The notes: a model not told the origin generated them from the letters alone. 64,000 nt of DNA from Patescibacteria group bacterium (GCA_035510735.1 DATKGN010000004.1:307810-371809); one strand, 5' to 3'; positions 47,118 through 57,107 are shown, counted from the stretch's first letter. Made by a program: numbers and translations.

Positions 47118-47597
47118 ATGGAGAATCAGGGCTATCTACGAAAGAAGGCGAGTATTATGCAGGTTAGGGGTGAACGAAATGACGGGAGGAGCGGCGAGAT
47201 TCCGGAAGAACTCCAACATCAAGTCGGAGGTTCCATATTTTATGGAGAGAACTGTTTGTTTTTAATAAACGGCGCGGAAGTTGCAATCCTCCACGACACT
47301 GTTGCGGTATTCGAGAGCGAAGCCCGTTTGACACCAGCAGATAAATCGATTGAGCCCTCGAGGGTGCGCACGGATAGCGGCGCGCATAAAGGAATTAACG
47401 TTCTCATGCTGACTATGTCAACGCAGGGGGAATCAGTGAACGTTACACCTATTGGTACGGAGGTTGTAAAACCTGATGGATATAAGAGCGTTACTGTATA
47501 TCAAAATGAAGACCATTATGTAGAGCCTAAACCCCCGCCGCAACAAGAAAGCGTTGCAGAGTATTATGGCCGCGGCGGGAGACACTATCAAGGCTGA
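47118..47597 (+). CDS. Hypothetical protein (inserted between the two halves of a split repeat)
   Basis: 159-aa ORF. Confidence 0.5.
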   Translation: MENQGYLRKKASIMQVRGERNDGRSGEIPEELQHQVGGSIFYGENCLFLINGAEVAILHDTVAVFESEARLTPADKSIEPSRVRTDSGAHKGINVLMLTMSTQGESVNVTPIGTEVVKPDGYKSVTVYQNEDHYVEPKPPPQQESVAEYYGRGGRHYQG

Positions 47598-47605
47598 TTG
47601 ATAAT

Positions 47606-47660
47606 AGTCATCTGAAGCGGGGAATTTTGGGGCAATTTGCGTTCCAATTTCGTCCCGACG
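47606..47660 (+). repeat. Intergenic repeat, copy 4 (3' half beginning with core TCATCTGAAGCGGGGAA)
   Basis: Matches the 3' ~50 bp of copies 1 and 2. Shares the ~15-bp core with copy 3. Confidence 0.8.
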
Positions 47661-47675
47661 GGTGCCCATTATATA

Positions 47676-48935
47676 CTAATAATATCCTTCGTCCGCTAAA
47701 AAATTCTTGAGATTCAACATTGCCATCCTATTCTTGGTTCGCATTCCCGTACACGCATTATCATAAATGTTCTGCGCTCTCTTTTCCGGTACACCCAAGT
47801 GTCTCGCCAGTTCTTTTATCGTTCTACGTTCTCCGAGCAGCATAAAACGGACTGACCGCTGTTGACGTTCACTGAGTCCTACCAATCCTTTTTCAACCAG
47901 CTCTTCAAATCGTAGATGTTTTTCTACAGCAAGATGGCTTCGATCCATTTCAACGCCCTGCTGATCCATCAACGTCGTGTCATCATCCTCACTATCAAGA
48001 GGTTGATCTCCATCGACTGTCTGCGACAGGTTTTCCATTGATTCAAATGCATCCAGTCTTGCAAGGCTCCGTTCCATTAAATCCTCATCGGAGGATTGGT
48101 GTTTATCATGAGAAAATATTCCAAGTGTATTTGCCATTTCTAAAACTGATTCGCGCAAATTTGCTTCCTGGGAGGTTAATTTTTGATCGGGTTGTAAATG
48201 GTAGATAACGATTGCCTGAGCTAAAATCCTATTATTCGGCGATTCTCCCTTCACGCTCTCCCACATGTTTTTTGCCTCACGAATTGCCTGAATCCGCTCA
48301 TCAGTATATTCAGTTTTTCCCCGGTCCTCCGATACTGCGCGTGACAGAGCGGAGTAAATACCGCTATGCAGATATGTCGATAAGGCTCCTAATTTCCAAT
48401 CCCACCATGGAAAGGCGCTCACGAGCTTTTCACAACCGACCTGATACAGATCATTTATCGACATGCTGCCCGATGTTAAGCTGCTATAGCTCCTTGCAAT
48501 AACACTGATCCATCGCAATTTATTGCCTATCAGATATTCCGTTGCTTGTTCTGTCAAGTATCTTTTACCCTTCATTCCTTTGGATTCCTCGATGATTCTC
48601 CCGAGAGAAGCCTCTTTGAAAAGGGACATACGGGGGTATCGGCTCATTTCAGCTACAGTATACGAATCCAGTTCGTGAGCATCTGGTAGAGTTTTAGCTC
48701 TTCGCATAGCTTCCTCGCTTTGTTCTTTCTCTATCTCTGAGACTTTTGTACCGTACTCCTTTAACACATCGCATAGTTGAGGCCATGATAATGCGGAGAC
48801 CTCTTGTACTAACGATGCTCTCGCATCAATGCCGTTTGACTGATCGCTATGAGTTTCGTCGAGAATTTCAACCATATTTGTATGTAGATAACCTACGTGA
48901 GCACAGAGTATACCAATTTTGCCTGGAAAATTCAA
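47676..48935 (-). CDS. RNA polymerase sigma factor, sigma-70 family (divergent, RpoD-like regions 2 and 4)
   Basis: Region 2 (LNDLYQVGCEKLVSAF, LSTYLHSGIYSALSRAV) and region 4 HTH (TIKELARHLGVPEKRAQNIYDNACTGMR). 419 aa. Confidence 0.6.
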   Translation of the reverse strand: MNFPGKIGILCAHVGYLHTNMVEILDETHSDQSNGIDARASLVQEVSALSWPQLCDVLKEYGTKVSEIEKEQSEEAMRRAKTLPDAHELDSYTVAEMSRYPRMSLFKEASLGRIIEESKGMKGKRYLTEQATEYLIGNKLRWISVIARSYSSLTSGSMSINDLYQVGCEKLVSAFPWWDWKLGALSTYLHSGIYSALSRAVSEDRGKTEYTDERIQAIREAKNMWESVKGESPNNRILAQAIVIYHLQPDQKLTSQEANLRESVLEMANTLGIFSHDKHQSSDEDLMERSLARLDAFESMENLSQTVDGDQPLDSEDDDTTLMDQQGVEMDRSHLAVEKHLRFEELVEKGLVGLSERQQRSVRFMLLGERRTIKELARHLGVPEKRAQNIYDNACTGMRTKNRMAMLNLKNFLADEGYY

Positions 48936-49006
48936 ACTATAGGATTATATGTAACGAATTTACGGGGGTATTTTTATTTCTATTCACCTTGTTGTACTAT
49001 AACCAG

Positions 49007-49576
49007 ATGAAACGGCAGATTGTGCTCGGAGGGAAAACGATTTCGTATAATGTGCGGTACAGTAACCGGGCGCGGTATATGCGGTTGACCGTCGGGGTTA
49101 CCGAAGGCCTTATTGTAACCATTCCGTCGAGGTGGCATGAACGGTTTATCGAGGGGTTTATTAAACAAAAATCTTCCTGGATTTTACGACAGCTCGAAAA
49201 AGTTGCAAAGATGGAAGGCAAAATTATTATTAAACACTCCAAGCGCGAATACGAAGCGAATAAACAGAACGTGTTGAACCTTATCACGACGCGTTTACAA
49301 TTTTTTAACTCCCTGTATAAATATACGTATCACCGCGTCAGCATCCGGAACCAGACGTCTCTCTGGGGAAGCTGCACGCGGGTAGGGAATTTACAGTTTA
49401 ACTATAAACTTATGTATCTGCCGCCGCGGTCGATTGATTACGTCATCGTTCACGAGTTGTGTCACCTTAAGGAGCATAATCATTCCGAACGGTTCTGGAG
49501 GCTCGTGGCCCGGATGATTCCGGATTACAAAGAAATCAGAAAATCACTCCATCAGTACGTCATGCAGGAAGGGTAG
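49007..49576 (+). CDS. YgjP-like (DUF45/M48-superfamily) metal-dependent hydrolase
   Basis: HELCHLKEHNHS (HExxH...H) zinc motif near the C-terminus. Start placed at MKRQIVLGG to avoid antisense overlap with the sigma-factor gene. Confidence 0.7.
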   Translation: MKRQIVLGGKTISYNVRYSNRARYMRLTVGVTEGLIVTIPSRWHERFIEGFIKQKSSWILRQLEKVAKMEGKIIIKHSKREYEANKQNVLNLITTRLQFFNSLYKYTYHRVSIRNQTSLWGSCTRVGNLQFNYKLMYLPPRSIDYVIVHELCHLKEHNHSERFWRLVARMIPDYKEIRKSLHQYVMQEG

Positions 49577-49577
49577 T

Positions 49578-50450
49578 ATGAATCCGTATATAGAAATATT
49601 ATTTGTATCTTTTATCTGGGGAACAGCAGGGACGTTTGTAAAAATCCTCCACTTACCGTCGACAACGCTGACATTTTTCCGCGTTGCAATCCCGACTGTT
49701 ATTCTGTTTATTTATTTATCAATTAAACGGGTACGGCTTTTCCGAGGAAATAATACACTACTTCTTATCGCCTCGGCCATTAATGCCGTACGTCTGCTTA
49801 TTTATTACATGGCATATAATCTGGCGAGCATCGGGAATGTATCCATAGCCGGATCCACGACGTCCATGTTCATATTTTTATTCAGTTTCCTGTTTTTGAA
49901 AGAAAAGGTGACCGTAAAAAAACTCGTACTGCTTGCGAGTGCATTTATCGGGTTATGTGTTTTATACAGTAATAAACCCTTAACGTTTGTAAACAAAGAT
50001 TTTCTGGGCATGAGCTTCATGTTGCTTTCGACGGCGTTATACGCGATTACCGTTATCATATTTAAGAAAGAATTAAGCCGGTATTCGAAGACCGAAACAA
50101 TTTTTTACCAGAATGTTGTGGGGACGCTTATATTTTTGCCGTTTCTCTTCATAAATAAACCGTTTCCCGCGGTTTGGCAGGTTTCTCTTGCGTCTACATC
50201 AGGATTTTTTATCGGACTTGTCGCATTCGTATTATATTTTTCGGCACTCAAAAGAGTCAGTGCAACGGTATCATCGCTTGCAATGATTGATACGGTGATT
50301 TCGGTCATATTAAGTGCGGTCATTTTTCATGAGCATCTGTATATAAATATGATTATCGGAGGCCTTATTATTTTATGCACGTCATTTTATATCAGTCGGG
50401 AATTGAGCGGGCCGAAAATAAAGGACGTGGTACAGGAAGCTATTACGTAG
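49578..50450 (+). CDS. EamA/DMT-family transporter
   Basis: 290 aa, ~10 TM helices in two EamA-like halves. Confidence 0.75.
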   Translation: MNPYIEILFVSFIWGTAGTFVKILHLPSTTLTFFRVAIPTVILFIYLSIKRVRLFRGNNTLLLIASAINAVRLLIYYMAYNLASIGNVSIAGSTTSMFIFLFSFLFLKEKVTVKKLVLLASAFIGLCVLYSNKPLTFVNKDFLGMSFMLLSTALYAITVIIFKKELSRYSKTETIFYQNVVGTLIFLPFLFINKPFPAVWQVSLASTSGFFIGLVAFVLYFSALKRVSATVSSLAMIDTVISVILSAVIFHEHLYINMIIGGLIILCTSFYISRELSGPKIKDVVQEAIT

Positions 50451-50469
50451 TATTATAATAGCCCAACAT

Positions 50470-51525
50470 ATGCAAACTACGATCACATGTCCATACTGCA
50501 AAAAAACGATTGAACTGTCGGACGCCCTCACGCATCAGATTAAAGATAAGAAATTAGAGGAGATGAATGAAAAACATGCCGAAGAGCTCGAAGAGATGAA
50601 GATGAAGTTGGAGGCCGCCCAGAATACCGAGCTCGAACTCCGGAAACAAAAAAATAAACTCGATGAGGAGAAACGGACATTTGAACTGGATAAACAGCGC
50701 CAGCTCGACAGTGAGCGGGAGAAAATCCGGCAGAAAACACTGGAGGAGGCAGCAGAATCCCAACGATTGAAGGAAAAGGAAAAAGACAAAGTCATTGAAG
50801 ATCTCAAAAAATCCCTGGAGGATGCACAGCGGAAAGCCACGCAGGGGTCGCAGCAACTGCAGGGAGAAGTGCAGGAATTGGATCTGGAGCAGACATTTAA
50901 ACGCGAATTCCCAGGCGATACGATTGAGCCGATCGGTAAGGGAGTACTCGGCGCTGACATCCGACAGACCGTCAGGAGCCCGCGAGGGATGGATTGCGGG
51001 CGAATTTTGTGGGAATCGAAACGGACAAAAGCATGGAGCGACGGGTGGGTGAGCAAACTCAAAGAGGATCTTCGGAATGACAAATCCAACATCCCTGCAA
51101 TTATTTCTGATGTCCTCCCCGATGAAATTAAAACCGGAATCGGGTTAAAAGATGGTGTGTGGGTCGCAAGGACGCAATTAGCTGTGCCCTTGGCCATGCT
51201 TCTCCGTAAGACGCTTCTGGATGCGGCCCGCCAGCGGATGATCAGCGAAAACAAGCAGTCAAAAGCGGAGGAATTATATGGATATATCACGAGTCACGAA
51301 TTCGCCCAGCAGGTGGAATCGATGATCGAGACGTATAACGAGATGCAGGTACAAATTACAAAAGAACGGACGGCTTATGAACGGAATTGGAAACAGCGGG
51401 AAGCACAGGTGACCCGATTATTAAACGGCGTCGCCGGAATCTATGGAAGTATGCAGGGGATAGCAGGAACCGCTCTTCCGACAATCCACAACTTAGAGTT
51501 ACCTGATGAAAATAGAAACGAATAA
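50470..51525 (+). CDS. Zinc-ribbon / long coiled-coil protein with conserved C-terminal domain (DUF2130-like), hypothetical
   Basis: N-terminal CPYCKK zinc-ribbon half, ~120 aa of E/K/Q-rich coiled coil and a globular C-terminal domain. Confidence 0.45.
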   Translation: MQTTITCPYCKKTIELSDALTHQIKDKKLEEMNEKHAEELEEMKMKLEAAQNTELELRKQKNKLDEEKRTFELDKQRQLDSEREKIRQKTLEEAAESQRLKEKEKDKVIEDLKKSLEDAQRKATQGSQQLQGEVQELDLEQTFKREFPGDTIEPIGKGVLGADIRQTVRSPRGMDCGRILWESKRTKAWSDGWVSKLKEDLRNDKSNIPAIISDVLPDEIKTGIGLKDGVWVARTQLAVPLAMLLRKTLLDAARQRMISENKQSKAEELYGYITSHEFAQQVESMIETYNEMQVQITKERTAYERNWKQREAQVTRLLNGVAGIYGSMQGIAGTALPTIHNLELPDENRNE

Positions 51526-51575
51526 GCTAATAATATTAGTTTGTTAATATATTAACATGTTAGCATGTAAATATT

Positions 51576-52481
51576 TTATGTCTTTGGTACGAGGCTCCAG
51601 TTATTGTTATATTCCGTGATGAGTGCAATAAGGTTTGAGACAAACGGCTGTTGGGCAAGCATCGTGTCATAGAGCGTCGTTAAAATTTCCTGCTGGCGGA
51701 TGAGAATTTTTTGCCAACCCTCGTTATACTGGGCGTCGCCCACATGATTCGTAAGCCGTTCCTTCGTCAGGGCAATTTGATTATGGACATCCGTTAATAA
51801 CGCTTTATATTGCTGTACATCCTCCTGTTTGTAACCCAAGTATTGCGCGGGTGTCGCTGGAATTGCGAAAATCTGAACGACCACCGTGACGTAATATCCG
51901 TTAAATCTGTCTGTCCCCAATGCGACGCCGGTTTCCTGGAGATCGGGGTTAAGGAGGTTGACCCTATGATACGTGCTGCTCATAAACCCGTTCACAAAAG
52001 CAGCCGCCGAACTTTCTCCCATGCCGATATTTTCCGAAGCATAGGTGAACGGATAATGGAGCATCGGAAGAACCGTATCAAGCTGGATATGTTCATACGG
52101 ATCCCGGTGGGCGAAATTGTTATATTTAAAAATGACATTGACCCGCATCTGTGCGGCTTTCGTCAACACCGTATTTTCCCGAAGTGGCGGACTGCCTCGT
52201 TTCATCCGCTCGTTGTTGACGTAGGTGATGATATCAGTAGGATCAATCGTTTCGGCTCCCAAAACCGGTGACTCAATGTGCTCTGCGATAAAAGGCGTTG
52301 GAGGGAAGTAAACGACCGGTGCTTTCGGAACCGATAGCTTACCTAAAACGTGAAGCGATACGGGCGGAGGAAAAAAGAGACGCGATCCTAATGCCGTGAC
52401 AACAAAACAAAAGACCGCAAGAATAATAAACCTTTTAAAAAACTTATTCTTTTGCGTTGGTTTCCGGTTCCGCCGTGCCAT
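51576..52481 (-). CDS. Membrane-anchored CAP/SCP (PR-1-like) domain protein
   Basis: N-terminal TM helix. CAP-domain motifs (AQMRVNVIF..FAH, ENIGMG, HRVNLLNP). Confidence 0.7.
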   Translation of the reverse strand: MARRNRKPTQKNKFFKRFIILAVFCFVVTALGSRLFFPPPVSLHVLGKLSVPKAPVVYFPPTPFIAEHIESPVLGAETIDPTDIITYVNNERMKRGSPPLRENTVLTKAAQMRVNVIFKYNNFAHRDPYEHIQLDTVLPMLHYPFTYASENIGMGESSAAAFVNGFMSSTYHRVNLLNPDLQETGVALGTDRFNGYYVTVVVQIFAIPATPAQYLGYKQEDVQQYKALLTDVHNQIALTKERLTNHVGDAQYNEGWQKILIRQQEILTTLYDTMLAQQPFVSNLIALITEYNNNWSLVPKT

Positions 52482-52482
52482 A

Positions 52483-55155
52483 TTAAAAAAGTTTGAGTTC
52501 CGCGATCATATTATCTTCCGATTTCCGTATCGTAAAATTCCGTTTCTTCATCATCGCGAGCATTTTTTCATTATCCGGGAGTACATACGCGTAGATTTTT
52601 TGAATCCTCCGGTCTTTCGCAATTTCCAGAATATAATCCATAAGCAAGCTTCCCAAACCCTCATGCTGCCACGGGTCGGCGATCACGATGGCAAATTCCG
52701 CGTCCTGCCCATACGGGTCGGCGATAAGCCTCGTAACCCCCAACATTTGTTTTTTTCCTAGATGGTTCTCCTCGGCGATAATTGCAATTTCCCGGTCATA
52801 ATCGATCTGCGTATACCGGATAAGGAGTTGGTGCGTGATATCTTTAATCCGCGTGAAGAACCGGAAACGCTGGGTTTCTTCGGAAAAATGGGTGAACATT
52901 TCGGCTTCCATTGGTTCATCCTCGGGCCGTATGGGTCGGAGTGTGATGTCACCACCGGATTTCAGCGTCACCTGTTTAATATATTTAGAAGGATAGGGAG
53001 AGATAACCAGATGGCTGTACGGGCGGATAGGCGAGTGGACAATCGCTTCGTCCAAAATGATTTTCGCATCAAGAACCATGCCGCCTTTCTCATCTATGCC
53101 GAAGGGATTGATATCGATTTCCTTGATTTCAGGAAAATCCATGACAAGGTAGGAAAATTTATATAACAAAAACTGAATTTCGCTTATGTCAACGCCGGGT
53201 GCGCCACGGAAACCAGAGAGGAGTTTATAGATTTTTGTTTTGGTGATCATCCGCATGGCAAGGGCCATATTGAGCGGCGGAAGTCCCACCGTGACATCGT
53301 TATATAGTTCGACGGCAATCCCCCCCATACCAAACACAATTGCCGGTCCGAAGATTCTGTCTTTCTTGCAACCGATAAACAGTTCATATTTTTTCGCGTA
53401 CATGGGCTCGACTAGTACGCCGGTAATTTCGGCGCTGGGCGTATGGGTTTTTGCAGAATTGATAATGGTGTCATAGGCGGTTTTTGCTTCGTCTTTTGAC
53501 CGAATATTGAGAATGACGCCGCCGACATCAATTTTATGGAGAATGTTCGGCGATATGATTTTCATGGCGACAGAAAATCCGAGAGATGCGGCTTTTTCTG
53601 CTGCATCATCCCGGGATGTAGATAAAAACGAGAGGGGGATCGGCATGTCGTAATTTGCAAGCATTTGTTTGGCTTCCAGTTCCGTCAGGACATACCGTTC
53701 CTCGGAAACGGCGTGTTTAATAATTTCGCGATTTAGTTCCGTTTTCGGTGTAAATGCGTGGGGCGTTGTTGCGGGCGTCTCATAGAGAAGCTCGACGTTT
53801 TTTGCATAGGTGTAAAGGTTGATAAAGCTCTGAATGGCTTTTTCCGGAGTTTCATAGGTCGGGATGTGCGCTTTCATTAACAGGTTTTTTCCTTCCAGAA
53901 CATCGTCTTCGCCCAAAAATGACGTCAATATGGTTTTCTGATTTCCTGCCGCTATATCAATAATTTCTTTTGCGACCGATGTCGGGTGGGTCATGGCCTG
54001 CGGGGTCAGAAGAGTAAGTACTGCATCAACTGACGGATCGTGAAGAACCGTTTCAATCGTCTGTTTATACCGGAGTGCATCTGCGTCTCCCAAGACGTCG
54101 ACCGGATTTCCGTGGCTCCAGGCTGAGGGCAGTTTGGCATCAAGCGCACTCATCGTATCTTTTGAAAGTTGTGCAAGTTCGCCGCTATTCTCCATTAAAA
54201 AGTCCGTGGCGATTACCCCCGGTCCGCCGGCATTGGTAACAATTGCCAGTTTATTGCCGGTCGGCCGGCGCTGAGTGGCCAAAACCTCTGCACAGTCAAA
54301 TAGCTCACCAATCGTATTCACCCGGAGCATGCCGGCTCTGGCAAACGCTGCGTTAAATATTTCATCATTGCCCGCAAGACTTCCGGTGTGTGAATGTGCG
54401 GCCCGTGCGCCTTCCTGACTTTTTCCTGCTTTGAGTGCAATGATCGGTTTCGTCCGTGCATACGCCCGTGTGGCGCTTAAAAATTTTCGTGCATTATCCA
54501 ACGATTCCATGTAAAGAAGAATGCTGCTGGTCTCCGGATCGCTTCCGAAATAATCGATGAGGTCATGAAAACCGACGTTAAGCATCTCTCCGACTGACAC
54601 AAAGTAGCTGAATCCGACATGTTGTTTGACTGACCAGTCAAGAACCGCCGTCCCCAGAGCCCCGCTTTGGGAGATGAATGCGATGCCGCCGGGTCTTGCG
54701 GTTTTATTGGCGAAGGTTATGTTCAGGGACTTCGTCGGTCTGATGAATCCCAAACAATTCGGCCCCAGGACCGTGATGTCATGGGTTTTTGCAATTTGTC
54801 CGATTTTATCAAACAGTGTTTCACCATTGGTCCCTGATTCCTTGAAACCGGAAGAGATGATAATCGCACTGTGTATATTTTTTTTGCCGCAAGACTCAAG
54901 AACATCAGGAACCATAGCGGCGGGGAGTGCGATAACGGCAAGGTCCACTTGTTCCGGCACGTCATCGATACTTTTATATGATTTACTTCCGAAGACGCTT
55001 TCCGCGTTGGGGTTCACGGGATATATGCGTCCCTGAAAGCCGTCATAAATAAGATTTTTCATGATGGCATAGCCGGTGTGCTCCTTTTTATTGGACGCGC
55101 CGATAACGGCGATCGTTGTCGGATTAAAAAGTCTTTTCAGTCCGTTTCTTATCAT
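52483..55155 (-). CDS. Pat-like protein acetyltransferase: NDP-forming acyl-CoA synthetase (CoA-binding + ATP-grasp) fused to C-terminal GNAT domain
   Basis: N-terminal CoA-binding IAVIGAS fold, succinyl-CoA-synthetase-like and ATP-grasp domains and a C-terminal GNAT (LMDYILEIAKDRRIQKIYAYVLPDNEKML). 890 aa. Confidence 0.85.
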   Translation of the reverse strand: MIRNGLKRLFNPTTIAVIGASNKKEHTGYAIMKNLIYDGFQGRIYPVNPNAESVFGSKSYKSIDDVPEQVDLAVIALPAAMVPDVLESCGKKNIHSAIIISSGFKESGTNGETLFDKIGQIAKTHDITVLGPNCLGFIRPTKSLNITFANKTARPGGIAFISQSGALGTAVLDWSVKQHVGFSYFVSVGEMLNVGFHDLIDYFGSDPETSSILLYMESLDNARKFLSATRAYARTKPIIALKAGKSQEGARAAHSHTGSLAGNDEIFNAAFARAGMLRVNTIGELFDCAEVLATQRRPTGNKLAIVTNAGGPGVIATDFLMENSGELAQLSKDTMSALDAKLPSAWSHGNPVDVLGDADALRYKQTIETVLHDPSVDAVLTLLTPQAMTHPTSVAKEIIDIAAGNQKTILTSFLGEDDVLEGKNLLMKAHIPTYETPEKAIQSFINLYTYAKNVELLYETPATTPHAFTPKTELNREIIKHAVSEERYVLTELEAKQMLANYDMPIPLSFLSTSRDDAAEKAASLGFSVAMKIISPNILHKIDVGGVILNIRSKDEAKTAYDTIINSAKTHTPSAEITGVLVEPMYAKKYELFIGCKKDRIFGPAIVFGMGGIAVELYNDVTVGLPPLNMALAMRMITKTKIYKLLSGFRGAPGVDISEIQFLLYKFSYLVMDFPEIKEIDINPFGIDEKGGMVLDAKIILDEAIVHSPIRPYSHLVISPYPSKYIKQVTLKSGGDITLRPIRPEDEPMEAEMFTHFSEETQRFRFFTRIKDITHQLLIRYTQIDYDREIAIIAEENHLGKKQMLGVTRLIADPYGQDAEFAIVIADPWQHEGLGSLLMDYILEIAKDRRIQKIYAYVLPDNEKMLAMMKKRNFTIRKSEDNMIAELKLF

Positions 55156-55161
55156 ACTGTT

Positions 55162-56118
55162 TTAGATATGCCAATAGGGCTTGAGGTTTGCGATGAGCGC
55201 TGCAAGATCGGTTTCAAACGCTTCTATGGTCAAAATAGTCGACTCCGTTGCATCTTCAGAAAAACGTTTCGGAGCCCCGTTTATTCCGTCGAGAAAATTA
55301 TAGAAACATTTCGGTAAAAAGTCTGTATTGTATCCGCCTTCAAGTGTTGCATATACATGACTGAATTTCGCATGAAGGAGCGACCCAAGTTCATAATAAC
55401 AATTGACGCTTAGTTCCAAATCCAACAACGGGTCAGATTTGTGGCCGTCAAATCCGGCAGAGACGCCAACCACATCAGGCGCAAATTGCACTGCGACCGG
55501 CATGAGTTCCTTTACCGCGCGAAGGTATATGTCGTCACCCGATTTCGGGGGAAGCGGCACATTAACCGTGAACCCCAACCCTTTACCAACGCCGATTTCA
55601 TTGACGTTTCCTTTTTGGGGAAATGCGGGGAATTGATGGAGGGACCAATAAAGGACGCGGTCGGTATTATAAAAAATTTCCTCGGTCCCGTCTCCCAGGT
55701 GTCCGTCGAAATCAAAAATCAATACTTTTTTCCCGGCATTCACTAATTTCTGTGTTGAGATGGCGATATTATTAAACAAACAGAATCCGTGGCCGAAATC
55801 GCGATGAGCGTGATGTCCCGGCGGCCTCACGACCGCAAAACCATCAATCTCAGAAGCCTTGATTGTTGCAGTAACGGCATAGAGAGCAGCGTTCCAGCTC
55901 CCCGGCGAAGTTTGCGTATCGGCATCTAGGGGCATTCCGTTTTGGCAGAATTGTTTTACCTTTTCGATATATTCCGTCGTGTGGATGAGGGTGAGCGGTT
56001 CTTCAGTTAACGGCAGGTCAGTGATAGGGAGATTTCCTAAAGAGAGGATACGGTTTTTGTTTTCCGGATGATTACCGGTTTCGTGTTCTAATACGATCGG
56101 ATGATAAATGATATCCAT
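55162..56118 (-). CDS. Histone deacetylase-family (AcuC/HDAC-like) deacetylase
   Basis: VRPPGHHA and GGYN signature motifs. 318 aa. Confidence 0.85.
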   Translation of the reverse strand: MDIIYHPIVLEHETGNHPENKNRILSLGNLPITDLPLTEEPLTLIHTTEYIEKVKQFCQNGMPLDADTQTSPGSWNAALYAVTATIKASEIDGFAVVRPPGHHAHRDFGHGFCLFNNIAISTQKLVNAGKKVLIFDFDGHLGDGTEEIFYNTDRVLYWSLHQFPAFPQKGNVNEIGVGKGLGFTVNVPLPPKSGDDIYLRAVKELMPVAVQFAPDVVGVSAGFDGHKSDPLLDLELSVNCYYELGSLLHAKFSHVYATLEGGYNTDFLPKCFYNFLDGINGAPKRFSEDATESTILTIEAFETDLAALIANLKPYWHI

Positions 56119-56183
56119 AGCGTCCCTACTTCCATCATACAGTAGTGCGGGTAATTTAGGGAGGTAAACGGGTGAATCAGTAT

Positions 56184-57107
56184 CTAGAGATCGAGTGTGA
56201 TCTTATACACAAAAAAATCTTTGCCGCCAAGTTCATATTTATACCGTTCATGGCCCTGGAGGAAGTTATACTCCCTTCGGCCCTCCTCAATGGCGTGGCG
56301 AACGCTCATCGCTTTTGTGTAAAATCCTGCATTCGGACAACAGTCTTTATCGAAGCCGGAATTATATAAATAGTATGCCCCTCGCTCTTTAAAAGCGAGG
56401 GTTGCTGCGGCGTGTTTGTCGCCCATATTCACCGTCAGGATTGAAATAGTATCCGAGAGAGTTTCGGCAATACGTCTAAAAAATTCCTTCATCGGGGGCC
56501 TTAGGAATTGTTTCTTATCCTCATCCTTTTCCATCAAATCAAGAAGGATTTCGATGTCGTGTGCGGGGTCCGTGCTTTCTGTCAGGACGGCGTCAACGTG
56601 TTCCCGCTCAAATTTTCTTATCTTCCGTTCTAATTCGTGCCGGTCTTTGCGGTCGAGGGACTCAATATACGTTTCCCATGAACCGGGAAGCGGCATTTTC
56701 GGCGTCGTATCTTCTTTTTCAATAACTGCAGAAGGGATCGTTTGGAAAAATTGAAGCGTTGGAGAATTTTCAGGGACATTCCGGAGAGCTAACCGGTCGA
56801 CGTGTTGATTTTTACAATAGGGGATAAGCTCAGTCCACGCTGACTTTTTTTTATCGTCCGGTCCGATTAGGTCAAGATAGTCTGAGCCCTCTTCGCCGCC
56901 TGAAAAGAACGCGGTTCCTTGGTCTCTAACCAATGGTGCGATCACATCCCCGTTAATCTCCAAATAGAGCGGTTGAGTCGCAACTCCCAATATTTCCTTC
57001 CAATTCACGTGCCATTGGTGCGTCAAAAATGGAACATGGAGCGAGTTTGCGCTGTATGCGTGATCCCAAGCCTCCTTACTTCCGTTGAGGTCAACTTGAT
57101 TAATCAT
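56184..57107 (-). CDS. GNAT-fold acyltransferase, CelD/FemAB-like
   Basis: 307 aa. Domain organisation resembles the BioF2/CelD-like acetyltransferase family. Co-directional with the HDAC and Pat genes. Confidence 0.5.
   Translation of the reverse strand: MINQVDLNGSKEAWDHAYSANSLHVPFLTHQWHVNWKEILGVATQPLYLEINGDVIAPLVRDQGTAFFSGGEEGSDYLDLIGPDDKKKSAWTELIPYCKNQHVDRLALRNVPENSPTLQFFQTIPSAVIEKEDTTPKMPLPGSWETYIESLDRKDRHELERKIRKFEREHVDAVLTESTDPAHDIEILLDLMEKDEDKKQFLRPPMKEFFRRIAETLSDTISILTVNMGDKHAAATLAFKERGAYYLYNSGFDKDCCPNAGFYTKAMSVRHAIEEGRREYNFLQGHERYKYELGGKDFFVYKITLDL

Noticed and set aside
50535-51290. 251-aa minus-strand ORF overlapping the coiled-coil protein gene 50470-51525
   Set aside because: Antisense of an E/K-rich coiled-coil region, which generates long Ser/Phe/Leu-rich shadow ORFs. 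The plus-strand gene has the coherent domain organisation.
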